This document shows positions 20,913 to 30,751 of a DNA stretch of 64,000 nucleotides, piece by piece; the stretch's first letter is position 1, and every line of letters starts with the position of its first letter. Made by a program: the position numbers and the translations under genes. The stretch is from an uncultured Clostridia bacterium (lineage in GTDB: Bacteria; Bacillota; Clostridia; TANB77; CAG-508), in contig CAKPIA010000006.1 of the NCBI GenBank assembly GCA_934162205.1, positions 11,882 through 75,881 on the forward strand, in the 5' to 3' direction. The notes under the pieces were generated by a model, which was given only the letters and a program-made list of their open reading frames with translations, did not search any database and had not been told where the DNA came from.

Positions 20913-22301
20913 ATGGAATTATATGATGAAAGTGAATTACAAAAAAGTAAAAAAAACAATAAAATTACAAACATAATATTAATTATGATTATATTAATAA
21001 TATTAATTATAATTGGGTTAGTTGTAGGAATAATGTTGTTAAAGGAAAACAAAATTATAGTAACAGTTGACGGGAAAAAGAGTGATGAATTATTGTCTAT
21101 TATAGAATTTGATGATGATAATTCAAAAATATATATTCCTATAAAAAAAGTTGCTCCATATTTAGGATATAATTGCTATAATGGAGATTATTCACAACCA
21201 TCTGAAGATACAAGTAAATGTTATGTTCAATCAGAAAATGAAGTTACGAATTTTTCATTAAATTCTGATACCATCTATAAAATGAAAGTTAATACTGATT
21301 CTAATTATGAAGCCATTCAGATAGACGAACCTGTAAAAGCTATAAATGGTGAATTATATACAACAATTGATGGATTAGAAAAAGCATTTAATATTAGTTG
21401 TTCTTATAAAGATAATAAAATTGAAATTTATACAATTGATTTTTTAACTAGTTATTATTCGAGTGTTATAGTTAACTATGGATATACTAATATTGATGAA
21501 GATTTTAATAACAAGAAAAGTATTTTAGCAAATATGTTAGTTGTTAGAAATGATAATAAATACGGAGTTATAGATATAAACGGAAATGTTATTTTAGATG
21601 CAAAATATGATAATATACAATATATCCAAAATACTTCTGACTTTTTAGTAAAGAGTAATAATAAAGTAGGAATAATATCAAAGGAAAAACAAACTAAAGT
21701 TAGTGTTTCATATGATAATATAGAATTAATGGATAATGATTCTAATTTGTATTTAATACAACAAAATAATAAGTATGGTGTTATAGATATAAATGGAAAC
21801 ATAAAAATACATCCTGAATATGATAAAATAGGAATAGATATAAATTCGTTTAAATATAACAATGTTAAAAATGGATATATATTAATTGATACCCTTATTC
21901 CTGTTCAAAAGGATAATTTATGGGGATTGTTTGATAAAGCGGGAAATAAAATTGTTGATTTTAAATATAATAATTTAGGATATGTACAAAACTCATCTCA
22001 AAATATAAATAATTTATTAATAGTACCAAATTATGATGTTATTGTTGTAGAAAAGGATGGAAAATATAATTTAATAACACTAAAGGGAAAAGAAGTTATA
22101 GGATCATTTGTAGATGGTATATATACAACAATTGAAGGTGGAGAAACTAAATATTATATATCTTATAATGAGAAAACAATTGATTTATTACCACTTTTAA
22201 AACAATATAGTGCTAGTTCTAATAACAAAAGTACAGAAATAAATAATACTACAACTGATGATTATAATACCGTAACAAATAATACAGTTGTATCTGAATA
22301 A
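20913..22301 (+). CDS. membrane-anchored protein with WG-like (KWG) beta-repeats
   Basis: N-terminal TM (ITNIILIMIILIILIIIGLVVGIML). Repeated units NDNKYGVIDINGNVILDAKYDNIQY, QNNKYGVIDINGNIKIHPEYDKIGI, KDNLWGLFDKAGNKIVDFKYNNLGY. Start placed at the ATG after AGGAGG. Confidence 0.6.
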   Translation: MELYDESELQKSKKNNKITNIILIMIILIILIIIGLVVGIMLLKENKIIVTVDGKKSDELLSIIEFDDDNSKIYIPIKKVAPYLGYNCYNGDYSQPSEDTSKCYVQSENEVTNFSLNSDTIYKMKVNTDSNYEAIQIDEPVKAINGELYTTIDGLEKAFNISCSYKDNKIEIYTIDFLTSYYSSVIVNYGYTNIDEDFNNKKSILANMLVVRNDNKYGVIDINGNVILDAKYDNIQYIQNTSDFLVKSNNKVGIISKEKQTKVSVSYDNIELMDNDSNLYLIQQNNKYGVIDINGNIKIHPEYDKIGIDINSFKYNNVKNGYILIDTLIPVQKDNLWGLFDKAGNKIVDFKYNNLGYVQNSSQNINNLLIVPNYDVIVVEKDGKYNLITLKGKEVIGSFVDGIYTTIEGGETKYYISYNEKTIDLLPLLKQYSASSNNKSTEINNTTTDDYNTVTNNTVVSE

Positions 22302-22304
22302 AGT

Positions 22305-22347
22305 AAAAAGCAAAAAATGAGAGTTATCTACATTTTTTGCTTTTTTG
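22305..22347 (+). terminator. rho-independent terminator (15-bp stem AAAAAGCAAAAAATG/CATTTTTTGCTTTTT)
   Basis: Perfect inverted repeat with an 11-nt loop directly after the stop codon. Confidence 0.65.
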
Positions 22348-22414
22348 ACTAGACAAAATACAATTTTTGGAATAAAATATTAATGTTAAATTTTATTAAG
22401 GAGTAATAGATAAA

Positions 22415-23659
22415 ATGTTATTAGAACACATTATATTTACAATATTAGCTTTTGGATTATTTATTATTATTTTTATGAAAATGATTCAAAAAAATGATAC
22501 AACATATGTTGCAATATTATTATTAGAAGCTATAGGAATAGCAATAATGTCAGTTGAAATGATATTTGATATTACACTAAATATGTTTCTAAAAATAGTA
22601 ACATATATATTAGCTATAATATTACCAGTAACAATTGTAATAATGGAAAAGAAAAATAAAAGCTTACTAGAGTTTGTTAGCATTGTTAAAACTAAAATAT
22701 GTTTAATGTTTGAAGATAATAAAAATGCTAAAAATATATTAATAAAACTAGTTACAAAATATCCTAACAGTTATGAGGGACATAAATTACTTGCAGAAAT
22801 ATATGAAAAAGAAGGCGGAATGAGAAAAGCTATTGATGAATATGTACAAGTAATAGATATAAATAAAAAGGATTATGATTCTTATTACAAAATAGCAAAT
22901 CTTTTAAATGATTTAGATAAAAAAGATGAAGCATCAGAAATGTTAAGTAGTTTATTATCTAAAAAACCAGAACATCTACAGGCATCACTATTATTAGGAG
23001 ACATACTAATAGATAAAGGTGATTATAAAGAAGCTTTAAATATATATAATGAAGCATTAAAATTTGATCCAACTAATTTTGAACTTAATTATAGTTTAGG
23101 AATTGCATATACAATGTTAAATGATTTTCAAAATGCTAGAATGTATTATGAAAAAGCAGCAGAATTAAATTCTTTATTATATAATTCAAAATATAGTTTG
23201 GCCGAAATTGCTTTAATATATAAAGAATTAGAAGAAGCAGAAAAAAGATTTATGGAAGTTTTGGAAGATGAAGAGCTTCAAGCAGATGCATACTTTGAAT
23301 TAGCTAAAATTAATATGATAAAAGGTGAAAAAGATAAAGCTATTAACTATGCCAATATAGCAATAGAAAGTGATCCTAAAAAGATCGTAGAAAAAATCAA
23401 AAAAGATCCAATTTTTATTCCTATTTTAGCAAAAATTTCAATGCCTATAACTTTTGAAGTAGAAGAAAGTGAAGAAGATAAAAAGAAAAAATCAAAATTA
23501 ACTAAAAAAGAATTAAAGGCAAAAGAGCAATTAGAAAAAATGTCTGAAATAACTAGAAAATTGAGTTATAGTGATATTAATTTACTTAAAAAAACTGAAG
23601 ACAGAAAATATGAAATTAAATTTAAACAAAATGATATTCAAAAGGAAAGAGAAGAATAA
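22415..23659 (+). CDS. TPR-repeat protein with N-terminal membrane segments
   Basis: Two or three N-terminal TM helices, then multiple 34-aa TPR-like units (for example AEIYEKEGGMRKAIDEYVQVIDINKKDYDSYYKIANL). Confidence 0.65.
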   Translation: MLLEHIIFTILAFGLFIIIFMKMIQKNDTTYVAILLLEAIGIAIMSVEMIFDITLNMFLKIVTYILAIILPVTIVIMEKKNKSLLEFVSIVKTKICLMFEDNKNAKNILIKLVTKYPNSYEGHKLLAEIYEKEGGMRKAIDEYVQVIDINKKDYDSYYKIANLLNDLDKKDEASEMLSSLLSKKPEHLQASLLLGDILIDKGDYKEALNIYNEALKFDPTNFELNYSLGIAYTMLNDFQNARMYYEKAAELNSLLYNSKYSLAEIALIYKELEEAEKRFMEVLEDEELQADAYFELAKINMIKGEKDKAINYANIAIESDPKKIVEKIKKDPIFIPILAKISMPITFEVEESEEDKKKKSKLTKKELKAKEQLEKMSEITRKLSYSDINLLKKTEDRKYEIKFKQNDIQKEREE

Positions 23660-23723
23660 ACTTTATTCATAAAATTCAAGAATTTTAATATACTTTAATA
23701 AATAGTTAGAAAGGATGAATTTT

Positions 23724-24587
23724 ATGAAAGTTGATAAAATTTCGGTTATAGGTGGAGATTCAAGAATAATTAAACTAGTAGAAATGTTGGCAGATGACGA
23801 TATAAAAATAAAGCTTTATGGATTAGAAAAAGCAGAAGAATTAAAAAATATAAAAAATGTATCTTTTTGTAATAGCATAGATGAAGCAATAAATGATACT
23901 AATATTATTATTGGGCCTATACCATTTTCAAAAGATAATATAAAAATAAATACACCTTTTAGTAATAATGAAATAACAATTAAAAATTTAACAGAACAAT
24001 TAAAAGGAAAAACTTTTATAGTAGGTTCGGTAAAAGATGAACATGTAAAAAATTTTGAAAACAACAATATAAAAATTATTGATGTAATGAAAAATGAAGA
24101 ATTAGTTATTTTAAATACTATTGCAACTGCAGAAGGAACTATAAAAGAAGTTATTGCAAATACAGATATTATACTTCATAAAAGTAATTTGCTTATATTA
24201 GGATTTGGAAGAGTTGCCAAAACATTAGCACATAAATTTTCTGCTTTAGATGTAAATGTTACATGTGCTGCGAGAAAAAAAGAAGATCTAGCTTGGATTG
24301 ACACATATGGCTATAGTAGTACAAATATAAATCTTTTAGGCAAAAACTTAAAGGATTATGATATAATAATAAATACAGTTCCACATCTTATTTTAGATAA
24401 AGAAAGATTAACGTATATAAAAAAAGATTGTTTACTTATGGATGTATCTTCAAAACCAGGAGGAATTGATGAAGAATATGCTAATAACAATGGATTAAAT
24501 ATGAAATGGGCATTAGCATTACCAGGAAAAGTAGCACCAAAGACTACTGCAAAATTTATAAAAAAAGTAATATATGAATTATTATAA
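23724..24587 (+). CDS. dpaA: dipicolinate synthase subunit A
   Basis: N-terminal ISVIGGDSR, and C-terminal SKPGGIDEEYANNNGLNMKWALALPGKVAPKTTAKFI, which matches the remembered SpoVFA C-terminus (SRPGG...ALLAPGLPGIVAPKTAG). Confidence 0.8.
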   Translation: MKVDKISVIGGDSRIIKLVEMLADDDIKIKLYGLEKAEELKNIKNVSFCNSIDEAINDTNIIIGPIPFSKDNIKINTPFSNNEITIKNLTEQLKGKTFIVGSVKDEHVKNFENNNIKIIDVMKNEELVILNTIATAEGTIKEVIANTDIILHKSNLLILGFGRVAKTLAHKFSALDVNVTCAARKKEDLAWIDTYGYSSTNINLLGKNLKDYDIIINTVPHLILDKERLTYIKKDCLLMDVSSKPGGIDEEYANNNGLNMKWALALPGKVAPKTTAKFIKKVIYELL

Positions 24588-24613
24588 AAATAAACAATAT
24601 GGAGGAAAAAAGA

Positions 24614-25423
24614 ATGGAAACAATAACAGTTTTTCAAGCGATTATTTTAGGAATAGTACAAGGATTAACGGAATTATTACCAGTTTCAAGTTCAGCACAT
24701 TTAAACTTAATTCCATGGATATTTGGATGGAGTATGCCAGATAGTTTTGATGTAGCTTTACATTTAGGAACGCTACTTGCAATAACAGTATTCTTTTTTA
24801 AAGATTGGATAAATCTAATAAAAGGTGGTTATAAACAAGTAGTAAAAAAAGAAAAAAGTACAGAAGGAAAAATATTTTGGTACATAATTATAGCTACAAT
24901 ACCAACAGGAATATTAAGCTTAGTATTAGACAAATTTTCTGGATACATATGTGATAAATTTGGAATAGAAATGTTATTAATTGCTATTGCATTAATTGTA
25001 ATGGGAATTATATTATATGTTGTAGATAAAAAATCAGAATCAAAAATAGCATATAAAGACATTACTTTTAAACAATCACTTTTAATTGCGTTATCGCAAG
25101 CAATTGCTGCAGCTTTCCCAGGTGTTTCACGTTCTGGAATAACAATGACTGTTGCAAGGGCTTTAAAAATAGATAGAGAAAGTGCTGCTAAATATTCATT
25201 TTTATTATCTACACCTATAATAGCAGCGGCAGTATTATTTAGTATAACAGACTTTCAATTTACACTTGCATTTTTCTTAGGAGTACTTGCAAGCTTTGTG
25301 GTAGGAATGTTTGTTATAAAGTTCTTGCTAGAATATTTAAAAAAGGGAAGTTTCAAAGTATTTGCGATATATAGAATAATTTTAGGAATAATAATTATAA
25401 GTTTATTTTTTATAAGAATGTAA
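24614..25423 (+). CDS. uppP: undecaprenyl-diphosphatase
   Basis: ELLPVSSSAHL motif. Polytopic, about 270 aa. Start placed at the ATG 7 nt after GGAGG. Confidence 0.9.
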   Translation: METITVFQAIILGIVQGLTELLPVSSSAHLNLIPWIFGWSMPDSFDVALHLGTLLAITVFFFKDWINLIKGGYKQVVKKEKSTEGKIFWYIIIATIPTGILSLVLDKFSGYICDKFGIEMLLIAIALIVMGIILYVVDKKSESKIAYKDITFKQSLLIALSQAIAAAFPGVSRSGITMTVARALKIDRESAAKYSFLLSTPIIAAAVLFSITDFQFTLAFFLGVLASFVVGMFVIKFLLEYLKKGSFKVFAIYRIILGIIIISLFFIRM

Positions 25424-25430
25424 ATTTTAA

Positions 25431-25458
25431 AAAGGGCTATTAAATAGTCCTTTTTGTG
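25431..25458 (+). terminator. probable rho-independent terminator (9-bp stem with G-U wobble, short T-run)
   Basis: AAAGGGCTA ttaaa TAGTCCTTT TTGTGG. Confidence 0.45.
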
Positions 25459-25544
25459 GTATTAGTAAACTTTTTAAAAATACTTGACTAATACGTGTAT
25501 ATGACTATAAAATATAATTATAAAATGTAAAAGGATGTGGTAAT

Positions 25545-26387
25545 ATGACGATAAAAGAAGCTTTAAATAAAGGAACATTTATGTTGAAAAATAACAATAT
25601 TGAAACACCAAAATTAAAAGCAAGATTATTATTGCAATTTACATTAAATAAAACAAGAGAGTACTTAATTATTTATGATAATGAAAGTATTTCCCAAGAC
25701 AAAGAAGTACTGTATTTTAAATATATAGATAAATTAATACAAGGTATTCCATTGCAATATATTACAAATACACAAGAATTTATGAAAATGTCTTTTTTTG
25801 TAAATGATAATGTATTAATTCCGCAACCTGATACAGAAATACTTGTAGAAGAAACAATAAAAATAGCAAGAAATATTAAAAAGCCAACTATATTAGATTT
25901 GTGTACTGGTAGTGGTGCTATTGCTGTTTCATTAAAAAAATATTTGCAAGATAGTATTGTTTATGCTTCTGATATAAGCCCAAAAGCATTAGAAGTTGCT
26001 AAAAGAAATGCAAAAAATAATAATGTGGAAGTTAATTTTTTTGAATCAGATTTGTTTGAAAATTTACCAAATATAAAATTTGATATTATTGTTTCAAATC
26101 CACCATATATAAAAAAAGATGTAATTAAAACTTTAGATAAAGAAGTTCAAAATGAACCCAAATTAGCTTTAGATGGAGGAATAGATGGACTAGATTTTTA
26201 TAGAAAAATTGTAAATGATGGATATCATTATTTAAAATATAATAGTTATTTGTGTTTGGAAATAGGTTATAACCAAAAAGAAGAAGTAATGGAAATAATA
26301 AAAAATGAAAGAAAGTATATAAATACATATTGTTTAAAAGATTTATATGATAATAATAGAGTAATAGTAACAAAAGTAGGTGATTAA
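25545..26387 (+). CDS. prmC: release-factor glutamine N5-methyltransferase
   Basis: VSNPPYI catalytic motif and GTGSGAIAV SAM-binding motif. 280 aa. Confidence 0.85.
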   Translation: MTIKEALNKGTFMLKNNNIETPKLKARLLLQFTLNKTREYLIIYDNESISQDKEVLYFKYIDKLIQGIPLQYITNTQEFMKMSFFVNDNVLIPQPDTEILVEETIKIARNIKKPTILDLCTGSGAIAVSLKKYLQDSIVYASDISPKALEVAKRNAKNNNVEVNFFESDLFENLPNIKFDIIVSNPPYIKKDVIKTLDKEVQNEPKLALDGGIDGLDFYRKIVNDGYHYLKYNSYLCLEIGYNQKEEVMEIIKNERKYINTYCLKDLYDNNRVIVTKVGD

Positions 26388-26388
26388 T

Positions 26389-27276
26389 ATGTCATTTTCT
26401 TCTGAAACAAAAGAAGAATTAAGCAAAATAAATAATTTAGTTAATAAAGAAGCTGTTAAATATGAGTTAATTGGCTATTTATTAAGCGTTAATACAATTA
26501 TAAATACTAAAAGTGTGAAATACTCTACTAGTAGTGAGTATAACATAAATAGATTTTCAAAATTGCTAAATAATATTAATATATTGGATTATAAAATATA
26601 TTTACAAGGCAAAATATATTTTATTACATTAAGTAAGAATAAATTAAAAGATATCGTAGAAATAAATGATGATGAAATTATAATTAATCAAAGTATTGAT
26701 AATGAAGAAAATATAAGAGCATTAGTAAGAGGAATATTTTTAGGATCAGGTTCAATTAATAATCCAGAAAATAAATATCATTTGGAAATAAATCTATCTA
26801 ATGTTGAATATGCAAATAATATAAAGAATTTAATGGAAAAATACGATATATGTTTAAAAATACTAGAAAAAGAAAAAAATTATTCTTTATACATAAAAGA
26901 AGGAGAAGAAATATCTAAGTTTTTAGCTTTTATTGGAGCAAATAAAGCTGTGCTTAAATTTGAAGGGATACGAGTTCAAAGAGAAATGAATAACAAAATA
27001 AACAGAATAGTAAATTGCGAAACAGCCAATTTAAATAAAACAATAAATGCGTCTGTAAATCAAGTTGAAGCTATAAGATATTTACAAAAAATAAATAAAT
27101 TTGAAAAATTAGATGATAATTTAAAAGAAATTGCATTGATTAGACTTGAGAATCCTAATATGCCCTTATCAGAATTAGGTAATTTATTAAAAGAACCTAT
27201 AGGAAAATCTGGTGTGAATTATAGATTAAAAAGAATAATGCAAATAGCAGAAGATTTAAAAGGTGAAAATATATGA
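26389..27276 (+). CDS. whiA: sporulation/cell-division transcriptional regulator WhiA
   Basis: Starts MSFSSETKEEL (close to the remembered Bacillus WhiA start MSFASETKKEL). LVRGIFLGSGSINNPENKYHLEI LAGLIDADG-like core. LVNCETANLNKTINA. C-terminal HTH GKSGVNYRLKRI. Confidence 0.85.
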   Translation: MSFSSETKEELSKINNLVNKEAVKYELIGYLLSVNTIINTKSVKYSTSSEYNINRFSKLLNNINILDYKIYLQGKIYFITLSKNKLKDIVEINDDEIIINQSIDNEENIRALVRGIFLGSGSINNPENKYHLEINLSNVEYANNIKNLMEKYDICLKILEKEKNYSLYIKEGEEISKFLAFIGANKAVLKFEGIRVQREMNNKINRIVNCETANLNKTINASVNQVEAIRYLQKINKFEKLDDNLKEIALIRLENPNMPLSELGNLLKEPIGKSGVNYRLKRIMQIAEDLKGENI

Positions 27277-28424
27277 AAAAAGAAGAATTAGGAATATATA
27301 TACATATTCCTTTTTGCAAGAAAAAATGTTATTATTGTGATTTTATATCTTATTGTAATAAAAGTGAATTTGTTGATGATTATATAAAATGTTTAAAAAA
27401 CGAGATAATTAATTTTGCTCAAAGGCATAAAGATATACATGATATTACAACGATATATATTGGAGGAGGTACGCCTTCTTTTATTGAAGAAAAACATATA
27501 AAAGATATTATAGACACAATAGATGAAAATTTAGTAAAAATAAAAGATATTAAAGAAATAACCATAGAGGTTAATCCAGGTACTATAACAAAGCAAAAAT
27601 TAGAACAATATAAATCAAGTGGAATAAATAGAATAAGTATAGGGCTTCAAAGTACAAATAATAAGCTTTTAGAAGAGATAGGAAGAATACATAATTTTGA
27701 TGAGTTTTTAGAAACTTATAATATGGCAAGAAAAGTAGGATTTAAAAATATAAATGTTGATTTAATGCTAGGTTTACCAAATCAAACAATAAATGATTTA
27801 AGTGATAGTATTAATGAAATTATTAAATTAAATCCAGAACATATATCAATTTATTCATTAATTTTAGAAGAAAATACAGTGCTATATAATTTGGTAGAAG
27901 AAGGAAAATTAACACTCCCAACTGATGAATTAGAAAGAAATATGTATTGGTATGTAAAAAATAAATTAGAGTTAAACAATTATAATCATTACGAAATATC
28001 TAATTTTGCTAAGGAAGGATATGAGTCAAAACACAATTGTAATTGTTGGGAACAAAAACAATATGTTGGCTTTGGTACATCTGCACATTCATATTTAAAA
28101 GATAAAAGATTTTCAAATACAGAAAATTTAGAACAATATATTAACAATATTGAGAATAATAATATACAAAAAAATTATATAATACATGAAAATCAAGATA
28201 TTGAAGATAAGAAAAAAGAATATATGCTATTAGGATTAAGAAAAGTAGAAGGGGTAAGTATACAAAAATTCAAAAATAAATTTAAAGATAACCCTATATA
28301 TTTATTTAGAAATGAATTACAAAAATTAATAGAAGAGGGCTTGTTAGAAATAGATGGAGATAACATTCGATTAACAAATAAAGGGTTAGATTTAGCAAAT
28401 ATTGTTTGGGAAGAATTTGTATAA
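27273..28424 (+). CDS. hemW: radical-SAM heme chaperone HemW (HemN-like)
   Basis: CxxxCxxC radical SAM cluster (FCKKKCYYCDF). HemN C-terminal domain. 383 aa. Confidence 0.85.
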   Translation: MKKEELGIYIHIPFCKKKCYYCDFISYCNKSEFVDDYIKCLKNEIINFAQRHKDIHDITTIYIGGGTPSFIEEKHIKDIIDTIDENLVKIKDIKEITIEVNPGTITKQKLEQYKSSGINRISIGLQSTNNKLLEEIGRIHNFDEFLETYNMARKVGFKNINVDLMLGLPNQTINDLSDSINEIIKLNPEHISIYSLILEENTVLYNLVEEGKLTLPTDELERNMYWYVKNKLELNNYNHYEISNFAKEGYESKHNCNCWEQKQYVGFGTSAHSYLKDKRFSNTENLEQYINNIENNNIQKNYIIHENQDIEDKKKEYMLLGLRKVEGVSIQKFKNKFKDNPIYLFRNELQKLIEEGLLEIDGDNIRLTNKGLDLANIVWEEFV

Positions 28425-28455
28425 TATTACATAAATGTTACAAATTATACTTTTT

Positions 28456-28493
28456 AGTTACAATTTTTTATTTTAATTGTAACTATTTTTTTG
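28456..28493 (+). terminator. rho-independent terminator (stem AGTTACAATT/AATTGTAACT, T-run)
   Basis: 10-bp perfect stem, 9-nt loop, then ATTTTTTTG. Confidence 0.6.
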
Positions 28494-28532
28494 TTATGAT
28501 AAAATTTAAATGTATATAAAAGGAGGATTCAA

Positions 28533-30662
28533 ATGAAAAAGATAAAAAAAATGTCAATAGTTTTAATTATTTTATCTTTGTTATGCATGAGCATTGAAAC
28601 AACAGCATTTGCAAATATAAATGAAAATAATACAGCATTACATAAATTATGGACAGAATTGTCAGAAAAACAAAGATTAAATACAATAGAACCATTACCA
28701 TATAATGTTGATATTAATGATAGTATAAAAGCTTCTAATTTTTCAAAATATTTAAATTTAGGTGAAAGTTTAGAAACAAAATATGATATTAGAGATTATA
28801 TTAAAATGAATGTAAAGAATCAAGAAAATACAAATTGGTGTTGGGCGTTTGCTACAACAAGTGTATTAGAAAGTAATTTAGCAAAAACAAGAAATAAGTA
28901 TCTTACTTTTTCTCCAAAACATATAGCATATGCTACTACTGCTAAGTATTCTAATAAAGGATTTAATAAAGATGTAACTTCTGGTGCCAATCCATATTTA
29001 TCATTGGCGTATTGTGTAAATGGAAGCGGACCAGTATTAGAATCAAAGGTACCTTTTGATAATAATCAAAAAGAATTAACTGCATCTGAAATAAATCTAA
29101 AACCAGAAATTAAAGTAAATGAATATACTAAATTTTCTGATATATACAAAGAATATACTAATGGCTATGTTTCTAATTATACTAATGGATTAACAGAAAA
29201 CAATAAAACAACATATACAGATGCACAAGTAAAAGTAGCAAGAAATAAAATTAAAGAATATATAAAAAAATATGGAGCTATAACATCTTTAACTAATATT
29301 AGTAAATTAGAAAATTATTATCAATTAGTAGATGTAGATAAAGATGGAAAAAATGATCAATTAACATATTATTGTAATGATTCTACAGCAGAAGCAGATC
29401 ATCAAATTACAATAATTGGTTGGGATGATAATTTTTCTAAAGATAACTTCAAAATACCAGCAAAGAATGATGGAGCATATTTGGTATTAACTTCATATGG
29501 AGAGGATTTTGCTAATAAAGGTACATATTATGTTTCATATGATGATGCTCTTATAGAAACTTATTTATTTGGTGTAAGTGAAACTTCAGATGTGGATTAT
29601 GATAATATTTATCAATATGATCCATTAGGGTTTAGTTATCCAGGTACTTTTGCATCAACAGAAACACAAAACGCCGTAAATAATATTTATGCAGCTAATG
29701 TGTTTGAAACAAACAAAAAGAAATCTTATGAAGAATATTTAAAAGAAATTTCAATTTACATTCCAAAGACTTCTGATGTGCAAGTTTATGTAAATACAAA
29801 TAATGATGATAAAACTAAAATAGAGTTAGTTGCATCACCAGGAATATTAGAAAGTGGATATCATACAGTAAAATTGTCTTCTCCACTAAAGCTATCAGGA
29901 AACAAATTTGTTGTGTGTGTAAGATTAAGTAGCGAGGATGGTGCCGAAGTTCCATTAGAATTAAATTACAAATCAAATGGAGTTACAACTGTACCAACTT
30001 GGGATACAGCAACTAGTGAAAAAAATCAAAGCTTTGTATCATTAAATAAAAGTATGTGGCAAGATTTACAAGATTTGAATTATAAAGATACTAATATATG
30101 TTTAAAAGCTTTTACTAAATATCAGGAAGTAAAAGATGTTAAAGTAACATCTGTAAGTTTAAATAAAAATAAAATGACAATGACAGTTGGAGATAAATCA
30201 AATTTAGTGGCTACAATAAATCCTACAAATGCAACAAATAAAAATGTTAAATGGACTACATCTAATTCAAATATAGTAACAGTAACAGAAAAAGGAGTTA
30301 TTGAAGCAAAAAAAGAAGGAACTGCAGATATTACAGTTACTACTGAAGATGGATCAAAAACAGCAACTTGTAAAATTACAGTAAATAAAAAGACATCAAC
30401 AGATGATGATAAATATAAAAAAGATGATGAGGATGGTCAGGTTAAACCAGATAAAGACAGCAGCAAAGGAGAAGAAAATAAAAAGCCAACAACAACAAAT
30501 ACAACAACAACGACTACAGCTACTACTAAAGATACAACAACTGCAAATAAAATAATTCCATATGCAGGAACACAAATATTAGTAATAGCTGTTATTGCTG
30601 TAATTACGATATCATGGATTATAGTATTTATAAAATATAAAAAATTAAATGATGTAAAATAA
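28533..30662 (+). CDS. secreted papain-family (C1A) cysteine peptidase with Ig-like Big_2 domain, Thr-rich linker and C-terminal TM anchor
   Basis: Signal peptide. Catalytic Cys in NTNWCWAFATTSVLES. Catalytic His in ADHQITIIGWDDN. Big_2-like segment VTSVSLNKN...KITV. PTTTNTTTTTTATTKDTTT linker. C-terminal hydrophobic stretch plus KYKKLNDVK. Confidence 0.8.
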   Translation: MKKIKKMSIVLIILSLLCMSIETTAFANINENNTALHKLWTELSEKQRLNTIEPLPYNVDINDSIKASNFSKYLNLGESLETKYDIRDYIKMNVKNQENTNWCWAFATTSVLESNLAKTRNKYLTFSPKHIAYATTAKYSNKGFNKDVTSGANPYLSLAYCVNGSGPVLESKVPFDNNQKELTASEINLKPEIKVNEYTKFSDIYKEYTNGYVSNYTNGLTENNKTTYTDAQVKVARNKIKEYIKKYGAITSLTNISKLENYYQLVDVDKDGKNDQLTYYCNDSTAEADHQITIIGWDDNFSKDNFKIPAKNDGAYLVLTSYGEDFANKGTYYVSYDDALIETYLFGVSETSDVDYDNIYQYDPLGFSYPGTFASTETQNAVNNIYAANVFETNKKKSYEEYLKEISIYIPKTSDVQVYVNTNNDDKTKIELVASPGILESGYHTVKLSSPLKLSGNKFVVCVRLSSEDGAEVPLELNYKSNGVTTVPTWDTATSEKNQSFVSLNKSMWQDLQDLNYKDTNICLKAFTKYQEVKDVKVTSVSLNKNKMTMTVGDKSNLVATINPTNATNKNVKWTTSNSNIVTVTEKGVIEAKKEGTADITVTTEDGSKTATCKITVNKKTSTDDDKYKKDDEDGQVKPDKDSSKGEENKKPTTTNTTTTTTATTKDTTTANKIIPYAGTQILVIAVIAVITISWIIVFIKYKKLNDVK

Positions 30663-30666
30663 TATT

Positions 30667-30699
30667 AAAAAGTGCAAGAAAAACCTTGTACTTTTTTTA
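30667..30699 (+). terminator. rho-independent terminator (AGTGCAAG/CTTGTACT stem, T7)
   Basis: Hairpin then TTTTTTT directly after the peptidase gene. Confidence 0.55.
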
Positions 30700-30751
30700 T
30701 TAAATGATATAATATAGCTGATTATTAAAAAGAAAGGATGTGCTAATAGCA

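Noticed and set aside
30481-30540. ACA/ACT trinucleotide repeat region in the protease gene as a CRISPR- or VNTR-like element
   Set aside because: It simply encodes the Thr-rich stalk (in-frame codon repeats) and has no spacer/repeat periodicity. It is kept only as a note within the protease finding.
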